A stretch of 64,000 bases of DNA from Tubulanus polymorphus (lineage: Eukaryota; Animalia; Nemertea), in NCBI RefSeq assembly GCF_964204645.1, contig NC_134025.1, positions 23,974,299-24,038,298 on the forward strand, read 5' to 3'. Shown one piece after another: positions 23,998 to 38,200 of this stretch; within the stretch, counting starts at the first letter, position 1, and every line of letters begins with the position of its first letter. Below the pieces are notes generated by a model, which saw only the letters and a program-made list of their open reading frames with translations, had not been told where the DNA came from and did no database searches. Position numbers and translations under genes: made by a program.

Positions 23998-25170
23998 ATT
24001 TGGATCGGCGTATATTCAAATGAAAGTCACCCAATCGTAGAACCGCGTGAGCCAACAATAAGCTCCAGTATCTCCGGTATCCAATCCTTTAAAATATCGA
24101 AAAAACAATGCACTCTTTTTGAAATATTAACTACATATCTAAAAAAAAAGTGGAATTGTACAGATGACATTGATCAAAAGTTTAAAAAATCCCTCAGTTG
24201 ATAGATATCTTTGAAAATCGAAAGAAAATCGCTGAATTCAACTCACTTATCAAGATGGTCCTGTTGCGATTACAGAGAACTGTCCCCAGTTACGATAACA
24301 TATTCTACAGGTCAAACAGACACCGGACACCTATAATAACCACAACCAACTGTACAGTACTGGTGTATCGAAATTACAGAGCGTAACAGTTCATTATGGG
24401 AAATGGAATTTCCTATGTTATTCGCAACAGCACAATATGTTTAGAAGTCACACTTCGTAATTTTCCCACGACAAAACCATTAAATTGATAAAATTTCTTA
24501 GAGAAATAACGATGACTATATGCAATAACATGTTCGCGTGTGGGGACTTCAAAAGTATATACACTCGTTGATAAGTCTCTATCATATTGATGGGGACAAA
24601 GTATATATATATATTTACCCTAGATTTTACAAGAAAAGTGTGTTAGTATGTAAATGCCGTTTTATTTCATGCAGTAAACGTAAAAAGGTTTTATACATCG
24701 AAACGCAGCGATAATTCCAAGACGTAGATCGTTTCTTTTTTACATTTGTATAACCGTTCTAAATGAGATTGAATTGAAAATATTCGCTTTTTTAAGAGCT
24801 CCATCGTTCTGTATAGTTTTATGCATCATAATTCGAAAGCTAATCCCCCGGACTCCGGTTGCGATTTCAACTTACCTTGTGCGTCTCTGTACTGCAGGCA
24901 GAATAAGCTTCGTCAATATGCTATGATCAGCCGCCTCCAGAAAGGTAATCAAATCACCGGCATACGTGATGTGGCGTAATGGGATTATAAACTTATCCGG
25001 ACCGTGGCAACACTAATGCACTGCTATCAACATCGTATCACGAAAAATCCAATTAGATTCGGATTACAACCGAGTGTTTGAGACATTAATTATGATATAT
25101 AGTATTTTCAAATGATAATACGATAGGCTACAACGATATTCGCATTCCATGGAAGCAGGTCCACGGTTAA

Positions 25171-25434
25171 ATGAAATGTCCCGACTTAGAACGTACTCCG
25201 AGGCGCAGAAATTTGTTCGTAAAAAAAGACAAAGGCTTTGCGGAGGAGACAGAGAATGGCGAAGCTAAACGACGGTTTAACATCGATTTCAATGAAGCCA
25301 TTGAAGTCGAGCAAAAACGCCTTGTCCTAGAAAAGCAGATACTGATATCGAGGAGGCTTGGCTGGATGTGGAAAACTAGCGACAGTATACGTGCATTCGG
25401 AACTGATAATCAACCAATCTTCTCAATCCTGTAA
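25171..25434 (+). CDS. Candidate small 87-aa protein
   Basis: Charged, coding-like composition (KRRFNIDFNEAIEVEQKRLVLEKQ), GC-richer than flanks, AATAAA shortly downstream; no homology recognised. Confidence 0.3.
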   Translation: MKCPDLERTPRRRNLFVKKDKGFAEETENGEAKRRFNIDFNEAIEVEQKRLVLEKQILISRRLGWMWKTSDSIRAFGTDNQPIFSIL

Positions 25435-26293
25435 CTGTAAATATTGTTATGTTGTACATGTTCTTTTCTATGTAATAAATGGACCACAACATCCGGGGGA
25501 TGGACTTTCTTAACTTGAGATAATTTCTAAAATTTTTGTGCCTTTCCAAGAAGGGAATTTCTGATTTTTTTGAGTGCCTGACGTGAGCCACATGTATCCT
25601 AAATCGGGCACTGCTGATCGAATATATTACAATCCATCCTCGTTAATAAATGTCACCAACATCACCAAGATACAACACAGTATAAGAGTATAATCGTGAA
25701 TAATTCAATTTATTCAACAACAACAAATAATACATTGTCGTAGAAAATAGTTTATAAAAATACATCTTCTCGTGTATATACATTATAATCTATATAAAGT
25801 GAAATTTTCATTCCCAACAATTAGTTCATGTACTAACAAAACAATATGTGATATGCGAAAATTAAACATTCATACTTAACAAAATTTTGGCAAGACAGGA
25901 TTTTGTATTAGTAAGATTCACTATAATTCTATTCAAAATATTTTAAAAAAGGAAATAATAACAATGCACTTATGGTTCTAATATGGCCACTATATTTCGT
26001 TTGATAAAGGGTTTGCGTATAGCTCGAGGACTAAGACTTTGATATACTATCTGGTGATAAAAAAGCCATACATTTATTCGTTTCATCAATGTGGGAAGGT
26101 AACTTCTTTTGAGAAGTATAAAATACACATATTTTCAATGGCAGTATTATTGAATTTGACACAAAATATCCATTTGAGAAAAGTGTGCAGGATCTTTCTG
26201 GAATAAAGCCCTAACTTCTAAAAAAACCCCACCGCTAATTTGGTCGCACTAGCCAGTGCTATCTGAAGTAGAAATTATCTAACTAGTCTACCA

Positions 26294-29200
26294 TTATTGT
26301 CTGATACTCATAGGCTGGATAGATGGGACGAAAGCTGATCCATTTTCAGGAGGATGTCGCCAAGAGAACCACATATCCGTCTGTGCATCATATGGGTTTC
26401 TCTTCTTGTATCGTATCTTTTCCTGGTATTCGTCAGGAGTCACGAACACGAGTTCAGCCCTTGGTCGGCTGCTACCATCAAACCGTGGCGAAAACGAAGC
26501 TGAAATATATAAATACCCCTAATCAAATACATCAATAGAAATACTAAACATCAACACACGAAACAGTAATTTTGCAAGCAGAAAATATGGAATATGTTTT
26601 TTGTGAGTGAAAAAGTTTGAATAAAACTTGCTTTTTTGAAATTTGAATCTCATGCTTATGCAAAGCACATGAAAACTTTATGCGTGATTAAAAGTTATCA
26701 GAATAGCTTGAAATCTAAGTGATGTGATTGTGATATTTTGAGGGATTACTACCTCATTTTTTCATCTATTCATTAATGATTGCAATCAACAGAATATTGC
26801 AAATCCCTTTTTATTTGATCGCGTAAATTCATAGTGGCTTCATAACATAGAAAAATCACTCACAGTACAAGCATAATGTACTAAAACATGAAATCTGCAG
26901 CCATTCATTATTAGTGTCTACCACCATTATCTATAAAAAGAAAAACAAACACAAAAAAACGTAGATCGGTTATCACACACGGAGACGCACACGGGCACAC
27001 ATCAGAGAGTAAGAAATAAGAATTTTTGTTACGGATAATTAAGTCATTGCTTTGCAACTTTGATTAGACCACTCGAAATATGAACCCTAGTTGGTCATCC
27101 TAAAAATTTTTCATAGTACGGAGGGTGATGGGTGGCAAATTTTCCTTTAAATGTTCCATGAAATTTGATCATTTGATCATTTGATGACCTAAAAACCGTT
27201 TCCATGCTCATTTAAGGACTGAGTGAGGGTGCTTTTCATTTTCATTTAGCGATGCCAGCACCAAGACTGGACAATTATCTATTAAGTTCCACAGCACTTT
27301 TATTAAGGAACTCAGGCCATTCACACTGACATTCTTCACCACTGATACTTCACAACATAATAATCTGTGGAAAAGAATTTAAAACACAACTGCATAGTAG
27401 TTTGTGTATGCAAGCAGATTTTAATTTCCATAAAAAAGACGATCTGTTATTTCTTAGGCAGGCATTTAGGGATTTTCTTTCCATGAACGTATTGTAAGCG
27501 ACACGCACTGGTTTTCAGAATTGATGAGAAACTAGGAATCAATTTTGAGTGGCCTGACAATGATTAGATTTTTAACACAGAAGTAATAGCAATATTGCAG
27601 CTCAAAGGCAAAATAAATTTACTAAGAAACAAGATAAAAGTTATCTAACATATCAGTATGGAATATACATACCGGCCGGGTAATATACTTGAGTGAAGGA
27701 TCGTTATAATTGACCACACAAAAAAATATACACAATAACATAAAAGCGAAAGGTAATTAGTACCTGTTTAACTTCATCTAAACAATGGCTGCCCACAAAA
27801 AAACAATGAAAGCTCACTACTAATCATGTATTCTCCTTGAGCGGGTGTAAAAAACCTCAATAAAACGAAGAATTGACTTCACAGGGGAAAATAATTATTT
27901 TACTTTACACTAGGACCAATCATGAGACAAATGTAGATTTTTCTCCTAAATTATTGATTCTGCTAGTTCCTATGATTTACTACTTCGGTATATTCGACGG
28001 TGTGAGAAACAATGTGAGATAATGTAACGGAGAATAGTTGATGGAAAACTAACATAGTTGAATAAATATTACGTTTTGAGTTAGTACAACTGGTGTCATT
28101 GTGCTGGCGCAGACACTGATGATGATCGCGTGGTACGCAGTAACACATAAATCATACAACTGTGATGTTGCCGTGAATAAACAAACACACAAGAATCGAT
28201 AGTAACAATCATTTTTACCTGGTAATTTATCATTGTGGCTGCTGGATTTTGATGACTGTCGGGTATCAGTGTTATTACCTGTGGTGAAGATGAATTAATT
28301 GAGTACAAAGCCATTGAATTGATCAAAAGGATGGATTGATGAATAGTTTGCAAATCATTTATCATTCTAAATGTTGCATAATGGAAATGATAAATGATCA
28401 CCGATGAAGACTAAAATTGCAAATTTGAATAGCAACAACGAATCATTTATTTGGTCAGATTGATAGAATTTGTACCATGAGTACAAAAAGTAGCATTTCA
28501 TTTCTTTATGTATTTTCCATTTGTCTGATACTGAATATAGAGCTAAAACTGAAACACAACGTTTATACAAAGTACATCTGCTTTCAGAAATATAGATAGT
28601 GAAGAGTTTAGCAATAAATTATTTGGAAAAAAAGTACTTGAAAACTGAACAGGCATTATGAAATATTGAACATTGAAGCTACCAGTATTTGTCTTTCCTA
28701 TTGCATGAAATAGATATTTAAAAATGAAGAATAGGCATTTTTACTCACTCATTCCACTTTCAGGATGACTTCGAGGATATGACTGTGACTGCATTTTGTA
28801 CTGAGCAGGTGATAGCTTTCGTTCTGGCATAGCCACTGAATTGCTAGGTTTTGATGACTGCGCTCGTTTCTGATTCCCATTGATCTGAGGAAAACTACCA
28901 CTACTTTGTTGGCCTCGATTACCATAGCTTGATTTTGGTTTGCCTGTAGAATAAATGAGCAAAATCTCATATTTCATATATCTTACTCTACATAAATGTA
29001 AGCCATTTCGGTATCTTGGAGATGGTATCTTTGGCTTACCACTTGAACTATGCAGTTTATATGTGTTCTCAAAAACACCAGGTGGAAGCTGAGGTCTGTA
29101 CGCTTTGATCAAATTATCACTTTTCACCTTCATTCGTTGTGCACTGCCTTTTTTAGGATGACTATGTGTAAAAATTAACCTTGACCATTAAACAAGATCT

Positions 29201-32200
29201 ATTCCAATTACGCATTTTCTTTCAATCAACATTTATAACTATGATATTTATTATGGCAGACTTTTGAATTAACCCTTTCAGTGCAGACTAATTAATACCC
29301 TATAGTGCTGGAGATAATTGGAATATTTTAAAAAATTCCACCCTAGTGTGTTGAATAATGGGAATACCACTATAGTGCGTCTACACTGCGACGCAGTGTA
29401 TCGTTAGTTACTGTTTGACAGGAGCTGCCATTTTTCAAGAGAGATAATTACTAATTACTAATTACATCAATACACCGCAGTGCGGTGTACTAGCAAAATC
29501 AATCACTGATTTATACACCGCACTGCGGTGTACACGCACTGAAAGGGTTAAGCGGGACAGATAATATATACGGTATGATGTCTACAACCATGGTTACTTA
29601 TTATATGTACCTGGAGGGAGTGGATGATTTTTTGGAAGAAGTTGTATCTGGATCATTATTTGATGCACGAGCCTCCAGTAGTAATTCATCTGCTGTCTTA
29701 TTGGCATTATTGAATAAATTATCAGTTCGTTGAGCAATTTCGAGCATCTCTTTACCACTTTTTTCTTTTTTCTCGAGTGATGAATCTTCTTTTTCTTTGA
29801 ATTTTTTCCTTCGTCGATAATTTTCATCATTTTGCCTCTCATGAGCCTCATGTGCTTCTCGCTCAAACCTTCTCTGTTCATCCTCGAAAAATGCAATAAC
29901 ATTACTGGTAAAGTAAGACAATGTAATGTAGATTGCATATTTCATCAGGAATAAAGATCAACGTAAGACAGATTATAAAATCACCAACACCTCAAGCAGC
30001 TCCAAGCAATTAAGATAAGTTAAAGAGTCCCCACACATTATGCTTACTTTAGCCAATGGGCTTATATCCCTGAAAGCAGGTTTATCCTGTTGCAGATAGG
30101 TCAAGAATTTCAATTGTTCTGAAAGCAAATGCATTACGAAATGAATATAATGAACCATAGCTATCAACTTACATGCTTTCTTTGAGCTGGAAAATATGCA
30201 AATTACATGTACATCCAAAATGAAGGTGTATATCCATCATTTTCTACTGAAACATGGAGATTCTTAATATCTAAAAAAAAACTGAAAATTACCTCTGAGA
30301 TATCTTTCCCAATCGTCCATAGTATTGATCTGTGGATCATCACCATGAAGTTTACCATCTTTGCGATATTGTTCTATAAATCGTCGGATCACTACTATAT
30401 CTTGATTTCGATCTTTATGTATCTGAGCTTTTCGTAATCGATGCAGTTCTTTAACAACCATTCTGGTGTATTCAAAATTTCGTACACTATCCTGCACACT
30501 TTTAGCTATCTTACTCTTTCCAGAATGTGGGTTCCTTGGAGATTTCAAATTTGTAACATCATCTGAATGTTTAAGAGATGTTTTTGGCCGGCAGTTTTGA
30601 GGTTCAGGTTTTGCAGATCTTGGTGTCTTAGAACTGCGAACAGGTCGCAGTGCTTTCTGTTTTTCTTTAGTATCTTGCTGTGGATCTTTCTTGTAAAGAT
30701 GCTCAACACAAGCTTCGGGAGCAGCCTCGGCCTTTATATTAAGTCCCTCCTCTTCTTCTTGATCATCACTAACAGCTTCAATTTTCAAATCATTCGCTTC
30801 AATCACCTCTTCTTTCTCCTGGATTTCTTCAGGCTGATCTTTTTCAGAATATTTTGAGGACTTTCCATCATTTTCTAAGTCTTCATCACAGTCATCATCA
30901 TCATCATCATAAATATCATCTTTATCGCTACATCTCAAATCATTTTCTGCTGTCACTCTCGCCATCTGAGATTCATCATCAGTAATTTTCATATCTTTGT
31001 CATCAACATCCTGATTTGTTTGATTTTCTTGTTCCTCATCTTTTTCGACAAATTTACTAGTCTTTACTTCATCTTTATCATTTTTGCTGAAGCTATTATC
31101 AGCATCACTACTTCGCTGATCCTGATCAGATGCAGACTGTTGTTCACTTTCACTTGAATCTTCCTTTAGTTTGGGCTTCGCATCGTCATTCAAAATATCA
31201 CTTTCTGGCTCAGATTCCTGAGTGCTTTCAATTACTAAACCTGGCTGACTCTGATGGCATTCTTTTCCACTTTCACCCATGTCAATGGTTTTTCTATTTA
31301 CAGGTTTGTCCTCAATGAACTCTATTTCATAATCAGCTTCACATTTGTCAGCATTAATCTCTGCCTCAATCACATTTTCTCCTTTATCTAGTACCTCCAT
31401 AGAATTTCTATGAGAATTTTTCCGACTCTCTTTATTTCTATGGACTTTACGCAGATTCCTTTGTATTGTTTTTGCAGCATTACCAGTTACTTTTTGTCCA
31501 GTTGCGGCACCATGAGATTTCAGATATTCTGCACATTCCATATTCCCCTTTAATACTGCTGTATCATATGGTGTAAAGTATTCATTCTGAAATCAAAATA
31601 ATCAAATCAGCTGCTTCCCCGGCAAATGAACTAGAAAAAGGGATCTTTTACTTAAAACTTCAATATGTAAAATCTGCATATCATGATTCTCAATGATGTA
31701 GCATATGCTTGTTTGGGGATCAATTGAACAAAGAAAAGAAGAAAAATTCAACTAAGAAATTTTCACTTCAACAAGACATGATATAACAACGTAAAGGCAA
31801 AGTTTCCGATGTACATGAAATCTTAATTGACAATATGTACTGATCAAATTACATGCAGAACAAAACTAACATTATCATAACCTAGAAAATGATCAATATG
31901 AATCATAAAAGGTCAATTAAGGCTGTCATAAATCAATATTGTTTGATAATAGTAATGCTTATTGTGTTAACAGAATACTCCTCGACTCCCAATATCAAAT
32001 ATCCATATTTAGAAGTACCAGTAATCAGATGTCTAGTTAAGTTTCTGGGTCATATTTATATCCATTTTCATTGCATGGATTATAAAACGGAACTCACTTT
32101 TGATTTACTTTTCATGATGGCATTTATATTGGCTCCATTATCCAGGAGAAGTTTGATGAGTTCCAAATGATTCGTCATTGCGGCAACATGTAAACACGTG

Positions 32201-35200
32201 CGACCATCAGTATTCCCAGAACTCAGAACCTTTAGACCTTTATTGCCGGTTTTTTTCTTAGCGTCTTCTATCAGAAAGTTTACTGCATCTAAAAATGATA
32301 TTTGTGTTAACTAACTAAACAGTGTCTCGAGAATCTCCTTTTCATCAATCGCTCAAACAATATCGCTATAATTCATCATTCGTTATTTACCAGTGTGTCC
32401 TGCTTGTGCGCCTTCGTGTAAAGGATACTCTCCTCGATTGTTTTTCAACCACAGATTTGCATTCTTTTCTTCGAGTAGAGTCAGGCACGATACTAAGCCT
32501 TTAGCTGCAGCACAGTGGGCTGGACTAAATAAGAAAATTTGAATAATCTTAGATGGATACCGTGCATTGCGAACGGTGTTGAATAGGTTTATTACTTTTC
32601 CTATATTTCGCCGCCGCAAAACTCATTAAACAAAACAAATAACCGCCAGTCAGCATTTGTTGTCGTAGACATAAAACAACTGTTAATCGATTCCCCAAGA
32701 GATTTAAAACAGAGACAAGGTACACTTTGACATTATGCTATAAAGAACCACAAACCCATATTATCAACGTTCATGGCATCTCATTTTCCTTAGACAAATT
32801 AATATTGATAATGAATGATTAACTTTGTGAACATGGGTCATCCTGTCAAATTTTCATCTAGTTTTCATCTCGCTTTTCATTTTCAGGGCCCAGTAGTTTT
32901 GACTAAAGATGAAACAGGATCGATAGATAGGGCTGTAATAACCAACACAGCTAAGAGTGACATACCTTCTTCCCTTTTTATCTCGAAAACTGGGATTCGC
33001 GCCGAGTTCCAATAAACAAGATGTGCATTTCTCATGGTTCAACGTGATCGCATAAAAAAGCGGCGAACATTCATTCTTGTCTTTACAATCGATGGTAGCT
33101 TTATGTTCGACGAGTGTTTGAATACATTCCGGGTGTCCTCGACTAGCGGCACAGTGCAACGCTGTGAAAATAACAAACATATAATACAACGACTAAAAAT
33201 TTACCACATATTGGCAGACAGCATTCCATTCACGACTAGTAGTGACATCGTAAAATGAGACAAGGGTATTTGTTGTCGTAATGAAATTCAAGATTATTAA
33301 TGTGTGAACTAAAGAAAGTTTTAACTGATTACACATTTCCACCACCCAGTTAACAAAAGCGTTAAACAAATGACATGAAAAATTCATATATCTGCTGAAA
33401 ACTTGAAATACGGCTTTGTGGAAATATTCTCAAGCTAGTTTCGAAATGAGATGGACATATACCTGTGAGGCCATCTTTGTCAGCAGATTCCACCTTGGCT
33501 CCAGCATTGATCAATGCAAGACACGCATCACTACTACCTAGAATTGAGTAAGGTTAGATTCAAGTTTAGATTCGAACGAAGACATTAAAAAAAGTGTCCA
33601 TAGTAACATTACCTGCACTTGCGGCCCATAGTAATGGTTGTCGCTTGTCGTGGTCAGTCACATCAACGGGGATGCCTTTTGACAGTAATTTCTGTAATAT
33701 TTTCATGCCAACGCCAGGCTCCATTCCCTCAGCGTTCATGCCAGCCATTTGGGCGGCATAGTGAATAGGGTAAGCATCATGTATATCAGGTGTTGATAAA
33801 ACTGCTGATTTTCCCATTATGATATCGAGCAGTTTTATTTGGCCACAAACTGAAATCACGAGAACCATATCGTAAGTAACGGTAAAGTTTTAAACGAATG
33901 AATTTTTACCATTAACAATTACTAGTGCTTGAAATCCAGTTTTTAGGGCAGCCCTCCAAACCCTCTGTTTGATTGAATTCTTCTTAATTTCTAGATTCAA
34001 TATCAGACCCAGTCATCAAATTAGGCCTATAGCGTTTCTCAATTACATAGCCGAAACATCGATACCGGTACAGTCAGGGACTAGCGTAATTGATTCTGGC
34101 TCATTAGTGTGTGCTTGATAAACCTACTATCTCAAGAGCCCAGTCACACAAATCTCTTACCAGTGGCCCAATGAACGACCGTGTGTTTCTCATTATCCGT
34201 ACTATTGATATTTGCTCCTCGGTCGATCAGTAACTGCAATAATGCCGCGTTACCGGTGATCACAGATAAATGCAAACAACTATATCCATCTTTGTCCTGA
34301 GCGTTCAGAATTGATGAATCGTAGTCCAAAATCGCTGTTGCGCATCTAGTTTGTTTATTCTCTACGCAGTGATGAAGGGCTGTCTTACCGCTTCGATCAA
34401 CAGCCGTGATATCTCCCTAAAATGCAGAGAAAACTCCAATTTCTTTTTGTTTTCTTTTTCAGTTCAACTTGTGACTATTCATCAAATGCTATTTGAATTG
34501 TACACAGTTTTGGGATGATGGCCAATATAAAGCCATTTAAAATTTAAATTTGCTAGTGGGTAGAAGTCTATTCATCCCATAGAATTCAGAATATAGCATA
34601 AACACGTTTAGTTTAAACAGTTTAAATCAATCTCCCATCCCACTACAAGGAACACTAGCATGCTTTTTAGAATACTCACTCGTTTCTCTAAGAGGCTGTT
34701 TACATTGGTAATGTTTTCCGCTTGACAAGCCAACATAAGAGCCGTGCAGCCTGATTCATTGATCGATTCTGATGACATTTTATCTTCCGCCAACAATAAC
34801 TGCAAATATGAACTATTTACGTGCGACGCCGCTCGTTTGAATACTGTTTTACCACCGCCATCTTTAATATCTGCTTTAGCGCTGTGCCTGAAAATATTCA
34901 ACAATAAAACGTTGAAGGGAATTAACATATACCATTACCTTCCCTTATTTTCAGCAACTATCGTCAATTCATAAGCCCAAAATATTCTTTCTCTTTAGAA
35001 TGTAATTGTACTATTTTCAGGTTTTAAGTAAGGTTTTTTGGACATGATTTTTGATGTCAAAAACTTGACTTATACACCTGAGAATACGGTAGCCTCATAT
35101 TGTTTCATCGAAAATGACTAGAGACATTATTTGTTTTGGAGAAATTAATCTATGAACTTCTAGAGTAGACCTGCAGCTTATGCAAAGTTTACTGTATATG

Positions 35201-38200
35201 GAATTATAGGTGCACAGTTGAACAACTTTTCAGAAAAGCTATTGAATTTTTTAGGAATTTGACGAACACACCAGATATTCAATATCTCGAGTTTAATCTT
35301 AACTCAGCTGCCTTGAAAAGCCCATTAGCCAAATACCGTTCAACACCAGAGGTAAAACTGTGGTATGCATGTTCCACGGCGGTATGCATAGAGAACAGCT
35401 CGGTAATTGAATTTTGTAACTCATTGCCGTTGTTGTCATAGAAAATAACCCTGAAGCGGTGAGATTAATTGGAATGGATATATGAATAATAGATCCGTCA
35501 AATTAAATGTTCCTCTCGCGTGTGATGATTGTATTTCTAAAACCCTCATTGCAACGCGTGGTACACTGGAGTAATGATTTACTGATTCTTACACTGAATT
35601 TGAGAAAATGAAAGCTAAGGCTATAAAAAGATACATTGTTTCCTATCCTGTACAGGCACATTGGCAGCAATCTTTCATTGCCCCGGCCAATTGCCTATTT
35701 TTGACAGGTTCTAATATTGCCGTGGCGAATTGACTTCAATTTCATCAAAAACATGGTATAGAAAGAGAAAAACATTCAGTAAATTATTGCTGCAGATAGA
35801 CAGCTGGCCGAGTCGAACTTTAAATGAGAAACAAGGTATCAATTATATTTTTTAGTCTTATTCCTCAGTGTTAATTCAGTTTTGCAATCAAGTTTAGGTT
35901 GGAGCTTGTGGAGGAAGAAGGCAGTTCTTTCATTTTAGCTGCATCTCTACAAGGTCTACAGTCAATAGGGATGGGTATAAATTGGTTAAGAATGCTCATA
36001 GTCAGTAGCTACTCTTGATTAGTGAAAGATCCTTAGATCTACAAAATAGGATACGGATGATAGTTGATGCTTTCATTTATTCTATCCTAATTGATAGGTG
36101 AAATTCATCGCGGCCAAGACCAGACTTTGTTCAATAATTCAAAGCCAATTTAAGTCGCGGCGGGCGCCGTCGCTCAGTCGGAAGTTGTTGCCATGTTACT
36201 GCAAATATCGGCGCTACGAAGTTACGAACCCCTCAATCACAATAACAGCGGCAGATAAGCTGTCAAACAAAAGAAAATCACAGTTTGATGGTATAATGAT
36301 TTTCTAATATTCAAGGGCCTCTTCGCTTATGATATGAAACCGATTTGAATAGCTTATTATAAAAGCAACCGGCGAATTCAGATTTCATAATTTAATAGCT
36401 TGAATATTGACAATACACGCATACACACACACACACGTTTACTGCGAGTACTTTCTCTCACTTCAATTACTGATAATTGCTCTTCAAAGCAATTCCGCTT
36501 GCTTGAAAATTACACCTTAATGATAATGTCTGGCATTTACAGTGAACTACTGCCGAGAGATCCCCGAGGCCTACATTTCCTTGTCAAATTCCATAGGTTT
36601 GATATCTTTCAAATACGCCTGAAATAATTTTCTGTTTTTCTTCATTTGATTCCCCGCATTATAGAAAATCTAGATTCACTGTAGTCTTTTGTAATATACC
36701 CTTGCTGCGAGGAAAGGAAATACTTTTTTGGTTTTTCAAAAAAGAAAAAATTCCCCACAACTTTCAATTTTTCTATTCTGATAACGTTACTCGCTCGTTT
36801 GTATACATCAACAATCCTCAAAATTGAAAACCCTGAGCTCGTCTTAGCTTATTCAAAGCTTATTCATATACATGAATGATATCCCAAAACCGGCCCTTAT
36901 TACATGTATTGAAGATCTAGAAATACGGTTTGACAGATATTAATTCATGGTATTAACTGAACCTAAGCAACAGATGATCCCAAATACCTTTTCATATAAA
37001 CAAAAAACAACTGTAAAAAAATTATATGATCTATTTCTACACCATGGATATAGTAATTTTAAGCGATTCACCTTCTTATCGTTTAGAAATCCGAAACAGA
37101 AACAGAAATCATAATATCTCCATTCACCGTTTACTTTAGACCCAGCTACTGTATTATAACAGTTCTATAGTATATAAGCATTAGTACAGTACTGGCAGTC
37201 GTCGTTGCCCATGGAATCGCAGGAGACACCCATTCGTTAACGCGCATATATTAATGGCATGAACAATAAAATCTCTGACCGCGACAATAAACATCGGGGT
37301 AAAAGCTTTCATGAAAGGTCTACCGGATTTGATCCCGTCTGAATGGGACAGTTACGAATACGAAAAATTCACGCGTCTTTAACGACGACCTTTGTTTGCG
37401 CGGCCTATAAAAAAAGGGGGACACTTTTCTGTCGCAGGTTGACAACATTTATCGTCGACAATCAGACAATTTGCGGAAAGTTGATTTTATTCAATTCATA
37501 TCCACATTCTGAAAATAGATCAGCGCCCAGATCTTTCATTTCGAATGTGGTTATTTGTTTATATATGTTTACAGCTTAGAATATGGATTGGGATGATTTT
37601 GCGTTTATTTCTATCTACCGCAGTTTAAAGCAAAATATTAGGCTGATCTATTGTCTTTGATAATTTCCATTTCAAGGGCCAATTGTTGAAGAGCTGGTTA
37701 GAGCATTAATGTATGAACTAGTTTATATCCTAGTTTATATAACTAGTTTATATTTAGTCCATGATTAGAGTTAACCAGTGGATTGTTGACGTAGTGACAA
37801 TTAAAACTTCATTGTTTCTAAAGTATTTATCCAACTGTTATCTTTAACAAACTTTTGAGCAACTGGCCCCAGAATAATCATGACAACTCAAATATCATGA
37901 AACAACAAAGGAAGGAAACGTCGCGTAAATACCTACCTCAGAAGAAGTTCGAAAATACTGTACTTATCATGTTGAATAGCGATATGTAACGCGGTTCGTT
38001 TCGATTTGTTCCTTTCAATTACGTTTAGGTTGCAGTTGTTTTTAACGAATATTTTCACGATATCCGTTTTACCAAGCTCGACGGCGTACAACAACGGTGG
38101 AAGGCCAGTACACTCATCTAACAGCGTTTCCTAAACAGAAATATCGAATATATCATCCAAAAGGCAAATTAAGACGAACCACACAAGGATATACGGGGGG

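Noticed and set aside
24869-25030. AACTTACCTTG resembling the U1 snRNA 5' end
   Set aside because: No U1 stem-loops or Sm site recognisable; better explained as a minus-strand splice donor (AAG|GTAAGT).
29880-29910. Possible atypical GAG acceptor in the ankyrin gene
   Set aside because: A nearby in-phase CAG acceptor also works, so it cannot be resolved without transcripts.
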